Shown here in pieces: positions 18,793 through 27,052 of a stretch of DNA of 64,000 bases; the first letter of the stretch is position 1; each line of letters begins with the position of its first letter. The DNA comes from Candidatus Levybacteria bacterium RIFCSPHIGHO2_01_FULL_41_15. GTDB taxonomy: Bacteria; Patescibacteriota; Microgenomatia; Levybacterales; UBA12049. The notes beneath the pieces are model-generated. The model did no database searches. It was not told the origin of the DNA and saw only the letters and a program-made list of their open reading frames with translations. A program made the position numbers and the translations under genes. Location of the stretch: the NCBI GenBank assembly GCA_001782165.1, contig MFNV01000009.1:56123-120122 (forward strand), read 5' to 3'.

Positions 18793-19608
18793 TTATAACA
18801 CTTCCTCAGAGCGACCGCCCCAATCCGGATGGCGATTCTGCGGATACAGACCCCGAAAGACATACAGGTAGCCATACGGATAGCAGTAGGCATAGACCAC
18901 CCTACCGTCAATGCGCGACCCCAGCAGACGTGACCATGTAGAACCTTGGTCAAGATAGTTACCATCTAGAACTTCCATTTGTCTTGAGAAAATAGCATAA
19001 GTTATGAGTCTCTGTCCTCTTGTCCCCTGCAACTCAAAATGTTTCCTAAGTTGGTCTTCGTTTGTGTCAAGGTTTGGGGAATCAATGACACCTTCAACTC
19101 TAATATACCCCGTTCTATCAAACTCATCTTCTATTGGGGTGCCTTCTCGGACACTGTAGTTTTCCAATTCGGGGAACATCTTACCAAGCGTTATGAGACC
19201 TTCTTTTCCCTTAAGTTCTTCTGGTATACCGATTGTAAACGGGGAGAGTTCTATTCCCTTGATGTCGGCAAAAGGTTTTTTTAATCGTTCTTCAGTTGCG
19301 CTGCATGGTGCAATATCAAAAGTGAGACCTTCTTCTCCTCTTGGAACTTGCCAAAAAGCCTTTTGGAAGTTGGTAACTTTCTCAGGACTAAAGGGATTTC
19401 TGTTGAGTTCTTGAGCCGCTCGTCTCAGAAGATCTAGGGGGTCAGGTGGGTAAGACTCTACTTTTTCTTTTTCTCCTTTGCCTTCAGGTAGCGGAACATC
19501 AGAAATACCATGCTTATCTAAAAGCTCCTGTCTTAAGCCAGAAATTGCCCTAGCAATTCCTTTTATCCCCATTCTACTTAGTTCTCTTTCTGCATGTCTT
19601 AGTGACAT
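18793..19608 (-). CDS. DGR target protein (271 aa) with C-terminal variable region (putative C-type-lectin/FGE-like ligand-binding fold)
   Basis: The C-terminal 42 codons are the VR and encode a Tyr-rich segment '…VVYAYCYPYGYLYVFRGLYPQNRHPDWGGRSEEVL'. No signal peptide. The N-terminal domain is unassigned. Confidence 0.75.
   Translation of the reverse strand: MSLRHAERELSRMGIKGIARAISGLRQELLDKHGISDVPLPEGKGEKEKVESYPPDPLDLLRRAAQELNRNPFSPEKVTNFQKAFWQVPRGEEGLTFDIAPCSATEERLKKPFADIKGIELSPFTIGIPEELKGKEGLITLGKMFPELENYSVREGTPIEDEFDRTGYIRVEGVIDSPNLDTNEDQLRKHFELQGTRGQRLITYAIFSRQMEVLDGNYLDQGSTWSRLLGSRIDGRVVYAYCYPYGYLYVFRGLYPQNRHPDWGGRSEEVL
18799..18925 (-). repeat. DGR variable repeat (VR) with a GC-rich IMH-like 3' end
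   Basis: Direct repeat of the TR. The 3' 23 nt (coding-strand GGGGCGGTCGCTCTGAGGAAGTG) are identical between TR and VR, and all mismatches fall at TR adenines. Confidence 0.85.
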
Positions 19609-19732
19609 AGGGTTGGTTTATATCATACTATAAGTTGACTTGTCAATAACCTATAGTAGAAACGTGTCGGCTTCAATCTAATCGGGGTTGACATAACTTT
19701 CTTTCTTTTGTACGATAAATTCAGGTCAAAAT

Positions 19733-20872
19733 ATGTCATTATCGCCAAGACGTCTTATCCTCGTAGGTTTGGCAGTTATTCTCCTTATTGCAATCCCTCT
19801 TACTATTTATCTTGTTCAGAAACAGCAGGAATTAAGAGGAAGAGCCGCTCCTTCAACTACGCTCTCTGTTATGCCGGCAACTAAAACTGCGGCAGTCGGA
19901 CAAACAGTAAGCTTTGATATTGTAGTAAATCCGGGAACAAATCTTGTATCTGTATTGACTTTGGTTATAAATTACGATTCCACCAAACTTGAAACAGGCG
20001 CTTCTGCTTTTGTCAAAAATACAGAGCGGCCCCTAGATCTTATAGGAGATCCTGTCTATACTCCCGGAACGATAACGGCAAATCTTTCAACAGGGATAGA
20101 CACCACCAATGCTATAACTTCCCAAACTACCCTGGCTACAATAACCTTCAAAGCCCTTGCGACAACTGGATCAATTCCGACAGAGATCACCTTTGATCAA
20201 ACCAAGAGTCTTGTTTATCCTTTGGGAGCAGAAGAAAACCTTAATGTACTTAAAACCGTTAATCCTGCACGTTTAACTATAACCGGAGACTCAGCCATTA
20301 CTCCTACTCCAACTCCAACTCCCACGTCAACTCCCACTCCCACTCCAAGCCCAATACCAATCCCTACAATAAGTTCACCCACGCCGACATCTGCTCCGGG
20401 AGGAGGAGGACCGGTCAACCAAAACCCTGTTTGCTCAAGTCTTGTCCTTGACAGATCGTCCTCGGGAACTGCCCCCTATTCCCTGACATTCACGGCTTCT
20501 GGGACCGACTCTGATGGCACGATTACAAAAGTAAACTTTAGTTTTGGAGATGGGACAGTGCAAGATATAACGCAAGGGGGGGGAATAGGAACAAATACTG
20601 TAAATGCCCAAGTCTCTCATATTTATAATACAGCCGGGACATTTACAACGTCGGCAACCCTGACAGACAACAGCGGCGCAACCAGTAACTCTGTAACATG
20701 CAGTCAGACAATTACAGTAATCGCAGGAGGCACAGGAGGAACATCTCCTCCTGTTTTAGCAACACCTACTCCTACAATTGAGCCTTCGGGACCTTCGGAA
20801 ACCATAGTCGGAATAGGACTAATTGGAATACTTCTTACGATAATAGGAGGGGTAATTCTTCTTGCTCTTTAA
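19733..20872 (+). CDS. Cell-surface protein: N-terminal signal/anchor, beta-sandwich domain, PT-rich linker, PKD-like domain, C-terminal TM anchor
   Basis: 'TPTPTPTPTSTPTPTPSP' linker, a PKD-like 'VNFSFGDGT…HIYNTAGTFT' segment, and C-terminal 'PSGPSETIVGIGLIGILLTIIGGVILLAL'. Confidence 0.65.
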   Translation: MSLSPRRLILVGLAVILLIAIPLTIYLVQKQQELRGRAAPSTTLSVMPATKTAAVGQTVSFDIVVNPGTNLVSVLTLVINYDSTKLETGASAFVKNTERPLDLIGDPVYTPGTITANLSTGIDTTNAITSQTTLATITFKALATTGSIPTEITFDQTKSLVYPLGAEENLNVLKTVNPARLTITGDSAITPTPTPTPTSTPTPTPSPIPIPTISSPTPTSAPGGGGPVNQNPVCSSLVLDRSSSGTAPYSLTFTASGTDSDGTITKVNFSFGDGTVQDITQGGGIGTNTVNAQVSHIYNTAGTFTTSATLTDNSGATSNSVTCSQTITVIAGGTGGTSPPVLATPTPTIEPSGPSETIVGIGLIGILLTIIGGVILLAL

Positions 20873-22708
20873 TTAAATCTTAAGAACTGCCAGGAAGGCT
20901 TCTTGGGGGATTTCTACTTGACCAAATCTTTTCATCCGCTTTTTTCCTTTTTTCTGCTTTTCTAAAAGCTTCGTTTTTCTTGTAACATCTCCTCCGTACA
21001 ATTTTGCCGTTACGTCTTTTCGATAAGCAGGGATTGTCTCTCGTGCCAAAATTTTTCCACCAATCCCCCCTTTTATTTTCGCGTAATTAATAACAGCCTG
21101 TATGGGAATCGGAATATTTTGACGGGGGATTTCTTCTTTAAGTTTTGCAACAAGTTTTCTTCCGAATTCATCTGCTTTTTCAGTCGGAATCACCTGAGAT
21201 AAACCTTCAACCGGCTCGTAATTTACAAGAATATCAAGCTTTACCAGTTTGGCCGGACGGTAATCTAAAATTTCAAAATCAAAAGAAGCATACCCGGATG
21301 TTTTAGATTTTAAGTCATCATAATAACCTATCAATATCTCAAGAAGAGGAATAACTGCTTCAATCTTTTGAGATGCTCCTATGCTTTCGGAGTTTTCAAT
21401 TGTCCCCCGTTTACTGTAAACCAACTCATTTATTTGTCCGAAATATTTTTGGGGAGCGAAGATCGTAATCTTCGCATACGGCTCCTTTATCTGAGACTGT
21501 GGGCTTGGACTAAATTCGGAAGGCTTATTGATGATTTTTCCGTCAATAATAAAGTTAACGGAAGGTGAGGCAGCGATAATATCAAGACCGTACTCACGCT
21601 CAAGTCTTTCCTGTGTAATCTGAGCATGCAGAAGTCCAAGAAAGCCTACGCGAAGACCTTGTCCTAAACTTATTGAGGATTCGGGAGAATAGGAAAGCGC
21701 AGCGTCATTGAGTTTTAATTTTTCAAATGCTTCTTTAAGCTTTGGGAAATCTCTGGAATCTGTTGGGAAAAAGGATAAAAACACAACTGGCCTTGGGTTC
21801 TGGTACCCCGGAAGAGGGAGGGCAGGATTTTTTTCCTGAGTTATTGTATCGCCTACATTGACAACTGATAAATCCTTTATATTTGTGACAATAAAACCTA
21901 CTTCTCCTTCCTTTAACTCCTGAGTATAGTAAGGCTTGGGAGTAAGAAAGCCCGCCTGCAAAACATTTCCTTTTGCCTTTGTTGCAAGAAAAGAAATTTC
22001 ATCTCCTACTCTTAGTGATCCGCCGAAAAGCCTAACTGTTGCAACTACTCCTTTATAAGGATCAAGGCTTGAGTCAAAAATCAATACAGAGAGATTAGAG
22101 TCAAGAGTCAAAGATTCGGGAGGAGGAATTTTTTTGACAATTTCATCTAAAAGATTTTTTACATTTTCTCCGGTCTTTGCTGAAACCTTTATTATCTCCT
22201 CTTCTTTAAATCCCAAATCCATAAGTTCAAAAATTGTCTTTTCGATATTTGCAGAAGGCATGTCGATTTTATTGACAATAGGAATAAGGGTAAGGTTGGC
22301 ATTCATTGCAAGATTGAAATTCGAAAGAGTTTGAGCCTGAATTCCCTGTGTCGCATCAACAACTAATATCGCTCCTTCAACAGAGGCAAGAGATCTTGAA
22401 ACTTCGTAGGAAAAATCAACATGCCCGGGAGTATCTATTAAATTTAGAATGTATAATTCAGAATCTATAATTTTTTTATTTTCATTCTGAACTCTAAATT
22501 CTGAACTCTGAATTCTGTATTGGAGTCTTATTGCTTTAAGTTTAATAGTAATCCCGTGTTCTCTCTCAAGCTCAAGACTGTCCAAAATCTGCTCCTCATG
22601 TTTCTGGGGAATGGCACCGCAAATTTCCATGATTCGGTCAGCAAGTGTTGACTTCCCGTGATCAATATGCGCTACAATCGCAAAATTCCGAATGTGATTC
22701 TGATCCAT
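20873..22708 (-). CDS. lepA: Translation elongation factor 4 (LepA)
   Basis: 'IRNFAIVAHIDHGKSTLADR' G-domain and the LepA C-terminal domain. Contains an insertion encoded by a 14-mer tandem repeat. Confidence 0.95.
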   Translation of the reverse strand: MDQNHIRNFAIVAHIDHGKSTLADRIMEICGAIPQKHEEQILDSLELEREHGITIKLKAIRLQYRIQSSEFRVQNENKKIIDSELYILNLIDTPGHVDFSYEVSRSLASVEGAILVVDATQGIQAQTLSNFNLAMNANLTLIPIVNKIDMPSANIEKTIFELMDLGFKEEEIIKVSAKTGENVKNLLDEIVKKIPPPESLTLDSNLSVLIFDSSLDPYKGVVATVRLFGGSLRVGDEISFLATKAKGNVLQAGFLTPKPYYTQELKEGEVGFIVTNIKDLSVVNVGDTITQEKNPALPLPGYQNPRPVVFLSFFPTDSRDFPKLKEAFEKLKLNDAALSYSPESSISLGQGLRVGFLGLLHAQITQERLEREYGLDIIAASPSVNFIIDGKIINKPSEFSPSPQSQIKEPYAKITIFAPQKYFGQINELVYSKRGTIENSESIGASQKIEAVIPLLEILIGYYDDLKSKTSGYASFDFEILDYRPAKLVKLDILVNYEPVEGLSQVIPTEKADEFGRKLVAKLKEEIPRQNIPIPIQAVINYAKIKGGIGGKILARETIPAYRKDVTAKLYGGDVTRKTKLLEKQKKGKKRMKRFGQVEIPQEAFLAVLKI

Positions 22709-22989
22709 AGCAAGAATTATACCAAACCTAGATGCAAACGTGATGAATTAATATTTAATCTGTAAATCTAATGATCTGAATCATTAGATTAAATTACTTC
22801 ATTGGAAGTTTTAAATATGGGGTACTAAAACTTAAACAAGTCATTCAGAAGAAAGCTTATCTTCTTTTAAAAATTATTCGATTATTTTTTTAGAATAGAT
22901 CTCGATATCTTCTTCCTCGAAATATATTTTGAAATCATCAACAGAACTCTTTTTATTCATAGTGGGAAAATTATATCAGAGAGCGAGGA

Positions 22990-23562
22990 TTATATCACGC
23001 TCAGCATTTTATCGATTCTCTTAATTCTTTCCTTGAGAGTTCCGCTTAATAATTCAAATGGAATTTGAGATTCTTTAAAAAACTCTAAAAATGCGTTGTG
23101 AAAAGCTTGTCTTGTATCTTCATCTTCCTGCCGGACTTCATCTTTTTCATATGAGATACCAGCAGGATCCAAAAGAAAAAACTTATGGTAGGTGGGGAGC
23201 CAAAATTTAACTCTTTCCAATAATTCATTTGCTCCTTTTATATTTCCTGTGGATTTTACATAAACCACTGCATCTATTACAGACCTATCGCAGAAAATTA
23301 TCTTTGCTCCTGATTTGTGTGCTTCTTGTTCTCTTGCAAGCATTATGGACTGCACCTTACCTTGGGCTTTCCTACCAAATCTTTCTCTAATGTGTGAATT
23401 TGATTTAAAAAAATCACGGGCTGCCTCATGGACAAAAGCTACGGAAGAATCCTTGCCCATTCTTTTTTTGTATTTCCAAAGAAGAGTAGTTTTTCCCGTA
23501 GCGCTTGTCCCAACAAACGCAATTTTTATTTGTTTTTTATTATTTGATGTTAAGCTCATCAA
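22990..23562 (-). CDS. P-loop NTPase, AAA_28 (NadR-like kinase) family
   Basis: 'IAFVGTSATGKTTLL' Walker A motif. 190 aa. Confidence 0.6.
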   Translation of the reverse strand: MMSLTSNNKKQIKIAFVGTSATGKTTLLWKYKKRMGKDSSVAFVHEAARDFFKSNSHIRERFGRKAQGKVQSIMLAREQEAHKSGAKIIFCDRSVIDAVVYVKSTGNIKGANELLERVKFWLPTYHKFFLLDPAGISYEKDEVRQEDEDTRQAFHNAFLEFFKESQIPFELLSGTLKERIKRIDKMLSVI

Positions 23563-25217
23563 ACTTTAAACCTTGTGCCGTCGAGAGTTTCTTCGGATTT
23601 TGATAGAATTTCTCTCCAATTTCCTATTCTTTTAAAAATAAGAAGGAATGTTGAGGCCTCCTTAACATCAAAAAGCCAGGTTAGAAAAAGGTAAAGAGAT
23701 AAACCTGCAAAAGAAGAAATTCCTGTCAGAATCAAAAGATTAACTGTCCGAGTAGTATCAATAACCAGCTGATCCAAAAGTTTTATGGGAATATAAAGAG
23801 CAAAACCTGTAAAAAAAGTGGCAAAGAAAATTTTTGAAACTGAGAACAAAAATTCAAATTTTTTAAATCCTCCGACTTTGATATCAAAAATAATGAGGGA
23901 TATCAACAAATTTAATATTGATGCTATAGAGAAAGAAATTGCAAGACTTTCGACTCCCGCGTGATAAACAAATATAAAGAGCCAACCCATTCCTATCATA
24001 AGAAAGGTTGTCAAAGCCCCGACAAGAAGAGGTGTCTTGGTATCATGGAGAGCATAAAACCCGCGGGAAACCAAATAGATTAAAGATTGTGCAAAAATTG
24101 AAATACTGAAGAAGGCAACGGTTTTTCCGGTTAAGACCGTTGCCTGCCAATCAAACTGCGATGCTCCATAGACAAGACGCACGATTGGAATTCTCAACAC
24201 CAAAAGAAGGACAGAAATTGGCAAAATTAGATATAGCATTTGATTAAAACTTGTTAGAAAAGTTGTTTTAAAATCTTCAATCTTATCTTTTTCTCGCGAT
24301 AGAACAGGAAAGGCAGCCTGCGCTATTGCCTGCCCTATCAAAACGACTGGGGCAAATGAAAGAGTTTGAGCATAGTCAAAAATAACGTATTTCCTTCCCG
24401 GATCGGACAGAAAAGAAACCAGAGTAACCGTAACAATTGTCCCAAGCTGAAAAATTGCAATTGATAAAGTTCTTGGCCACATAAGCTTTATAATCTGGGC
24501 AATTCCTTTCTCCCTAAAAGAAAAGACAGGATGGAAGGAAAATTTAACGCTTTTCACGAGAGGAATCTGAATCAAAACAAAAATAAGAGCTCCTAGAATT
24601 ACACCATAGGCAGCGGAGAAAATTCCGGCCACAGGATATAAGGTCACTATTGCTATTATGATCCCTAAGTTATATAAGGCAGATGCGATGCCTGGAATAA
24701 AAAAATGATTATATGACTGAAGAACTGCCGAGAAAAAACTTCCTACTATAAAAAGAAGCTCCCCTACTATTATTATTCTCATTAAATTTGCCATAAGAAC
24801 AAGCTGTTCATTATTGAAACCGGGAGCCAAAATTTTTGAAAAATTGTAAGAAAAAATAAAAAGAACAATCGCAAGAACAGAAAAAGCTATAAGACCAAAG
24901 GTAAGAAGGCTCGAGGCTATTCTATGAGCCTTATCATATTCGCCTTTCCCCAAATAATCAGAAAAGACCGGAATAAAAGCAGAGGAAAGGGCACCTGCTA
25001 TGATCAGCTGGAAAAGAAAATCGGGAAGTTTTGATGAAGCCAAATAGACTCCCAAAGTGTTAGAAGCTCCGAATATTGCAACAAGAAGCCTTTGTCTGAC
25101 AAGCCCTAAAATCTGAGACAGAACTATTGTTGCCATTATTATAAAAGCTGCTGTTAAAATGTTTGTTTGTCTTCTAAGAAGTAAGTTGAGGCCTGTTGCG
25201 AGAATATTGCGAGCCAT
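23559..25217 (-). CDS. murJ: Lipid II flippase MurJ (MviN)
   Basis: 14-TM MOP-family protein beginning '…LLRRQTNILTAAFIIMATIVLSQILGLVRQRLLVAIFGAS'. Confidence 0.85.
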   Translation of the reverse strand: MARNILATGLNLLLRRQTNILTAAFIIMATIVLSQILGLVRQRLLVAIFGASNTLGVYLASSKLPDFLFQLIIAGALSSAFIPVFSDYLGKGEYDKAHRIASSLLTFGLIAFSVLAIVLFIFSYNFSKILAPGFNNEQLVLMANLMRIIIVGELLFIVGSFFSAVLQSYNHFFIPGIASALYNLGIIIAIVTLYPVAGIFSAAYGVILGALIFVLIQIPLVKSVKFSFHPVFSFREKGIAQIIKLMWPRTLSIAIFQLGTIVTVTLVSFLSDPGRKYVIFDYAQTLSFAPVVLIGQAIAQAAFPVLSREKDKIEDFKTTFLTSFNQMLYLILPISVLLLVLRIPIVRLVYGASQFDWQATVLTGKTVAFFSISIFAQSLIYLVSRGFYALHDTKTPLLVGALTTFLMIGMGWLFIFVYHAGVESLAISFSIASILNLLISLIIFDIKVGGFKKFEFLFSVSKIFFATFFTGFALYIPIKLLDQLVIDTTRTVNLLILTGISSFAGLSLYLFLTWLFDVKEASTFLLIFKRIGNWREILSKSEETLDGTRFKV

Positions 25218-25251
25218 TGTGTTTTATAGTATAGCATGGTAAAATCTGCGC

Positions 25252-25554
25252 ATGCCAGTAACAAAAAGTGCAAAAAAGAAGCTAAAACAAGACAGAAAGA
25301 GAAGAGAACAAAACAAAAAGTTTGAAGAGCTTCTGAAGACAAAATTAAAAAGAGTCAAAAAAAATCCCTCTGAAAAAACAATACAAGAGGCAATAAAATT
25401 AGTTGATAAGGCAGCAAAGAAGAGATTGATTCATAAAAATAAGGCCTCAAGAATTAAATCTAAACTTTCAAAACTTCTTGCCCTGAAAACTCCAAAGAAA
25501 GCTTTACCAAAAGCTTCCAAAAAAACAAAAAAATCCAAGGCAAAAAAGGCGTAG
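25252..25554 (+). CDS. rpsT: 30S ribosomal protein S20 with Lys-rich C-terminal extension
   Basis: 'MPVTKSAKKKLKQDRKRREQNKKFEELLKT…'. Appears leaderless (TAAAAT 6 nt before the ATG). Confidence 0.82.
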   Translation: MPVTKSAKKKLKQDRKRREQNKKFEELLKTKLKRVKKNPSEKTIQEAIKLVDKAAKKRLIHKNKASRIKSKLSKLLALKTPKKALPKASKKTKKSKAKKA

Positions 25555-25599
25555 TTTATCTTTGACAAAACCCCCGAAAATCCCTAGACTAAAGTTGTA

Positions 25600-26139
25600 A
25601 TGCCTAAAAAATTTTATCCCTCTCTCAATCTTTTAAAGGATAGGGAAGAAAAATTCTTTGATAGATTTATAAGTTGGGCACTAACAATAGGACGCCTCGT
25701 TGTAATTCTAACAGAAATAATTGCACTTTCAGCATTTATTTATAGATTTACTCTGGATCGTCAGCTGATTGATCTTCATTCCCAAATAAAACAGAAAGGA
25801 ATTATTGTTTCTTTTTTAAAAAATAAGGAAGACACATATAGAGACCTGCAGGGAAGACTTTCAATAACTTCGGCTTTTTCTGATTCAGCCAATAGAAAGG
25901 TAAAAATTCTTGAAGATATTATTGGATTTGCTCCTTCGGGAATGAGTTTTAATCGAGTAGATATTTTAGAAAACAGAATAAGCGTTGACGCAAATTTTCA
26001 ATTTATATCTTCACTAAAATCTTTCGTTGATTCCTTAAAGACCTATCAAAATGTAGAAAGTATAAGTATAAATAAGATAGACAATCGGCTCTCAAGTGCT
26101 GTAATTACGGTTAATATTACAGCCGATTTAAAGAAGTGA
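25600..26139 (+). CDS. PilN-like bitopic membrane protein (putative type IV pilus assembly)
   Basis: Single N-terminal TM plus periplasmic domain, and its operon context with the next genes. Homology is weak. Confidence 0.3.
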   Translation: MPKKFYPSLNLLKDREEKFFDRFISWALTIGRLVVILTEIIALSAFIYRFTLDRQLIDLHSQIKQKGIIVSFLKNKEDTYRDLQGRLSITSAFSDSANRKVKILEDIIGFAPSGMSFNRVDILENRISVDANFQFISSLKSFVDSLKTYQNVESISINKIDNRLSSAVITVNITADLKK

Positions 26140-26759
26140 AAATGAAACTAAGCATAGAAAACATTCTTGGAGGAGTAAAGGCAAACAAATACCTTAAATT
26201 TATCCCGGATATTAAAAGGGAGAAGACTCAAAGAATTTCAACCATTGTGCTTTCGCTATTGGCTCTTTCTTTTTTCTCTCTTTTTGCAATAAATCCGACT
26301 CTTTCAACAATTGCAAATTTAAGAAAACAATTATCAGACAGTAAATTTGTTGATGAGAAACTCCAAGGAAAAATCATCAATCTTTCCTCACTCTCCCAAA
26401 AATATAATTTACTTGAGAGCGATATACCAATTGTTTTTGCGGCAATTCCCAAAGAGCCTGAAGCTCCAACTCTTATGGGTCAAATACAGGCTCTGGCACA
26501 AAACTCTAATATAAAAATTGAGAATGCCCAGACTTTTCAAGTTGAAGCAATAAATAAAGACAGAAGTTCAAAAGAGTACATATCTTTTCATTTTACTATT
26601 CAGGGACAAGGTTCCTTCAAGGATACTCTTGATTTTCTTTCATCTTTAGGAAATATGCAGAGGGTAATATCCCTTGATACTATTTCGGTTGGTAAAAAGA
26701 TTAATCAGGAAAATCTTTTGCAGATAGGAATCAAAGGGACTGCATATTTTAAAGAGTGA
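26136..26759 (+). CDS. PilO-like bitopic membrane protein with coiled-coil
   Basis: TM helix followed by a coiled-coil region. Overlapping start and stop codons with its neighbours. Confidence 0.3.
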   Translation: MKMKLSIENILGGVKANKYLKFIPDIKREKTQRISTIVLSLLALSFFSLFAINPTLSTIANLRKQLSDSKFVDEKLQGKIINLSSLSQKYNLLESDIPIVFAAIPKEPEAPTLMGQIQALAQNSNIKIENAQTFQVEAINKDRSSKEYISFHFTIQGQGSFKDTLDFLSSLGNMQRVISLDTISVGKKINQENLLQIGIKGTAYFKE

Positions 26760-27052
26760 TTATGAAACAAAGAGATCTTCTTTTTCTTTCCATATCAACG
26801 TTCGTTTTAATAATTGCCTGGGTGGGATTCAGCATTTACCATAATTCGGTTGCTTCAACAATCTCAGAAAAAGTTGCAGAGAAAATAGCTCCCATAAATC
26901 CAACTTTTGATACAAAAATTATAAATCTGATAAAGGAAAGAGATGCAATTGTTCCTCTTTGGGAAGGAAGGGAAGCTTCCGAGAGCTCTCTGACACCTCC
27001 TGAAGAACCAGCAACAAATCCCGATCAAGAACAAGCTGGTGAAACACCATGA
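26756..27052 (+). CDS. Small bitopic membrane protein, unknown
   Basis: 98 aa with an N-terminal TM. Translationally coupled within the cluster. Confidence 0.35.
   Translation: MIMKQRDLLFLSISTFVLIIAWVGFSIYHNSVASTISEKVAEKIAPINPTFDTKIINLIKERDAIVPLWEGREASESSLTPPEEPATNPDQEQAGETP

Larger units (their letters stand above)
16913..19608 (-). mobile_element. Diversity-generating retroelement locus (RT, Avd, TR, and target gene with VR)
   Basis: See the component features. A TR/VR pair with adenine-specific differences is linked to a DGR-type RT and an Avd. Confidence 0.8.

Noticed and set aside
20215-20620. Minus-strand ORFs 20215..20418 and 20435..20620
   Set aside because: They are antisense to the PT-linker/PKD region of the surface protein and have G/V/P-rich artefact composition.
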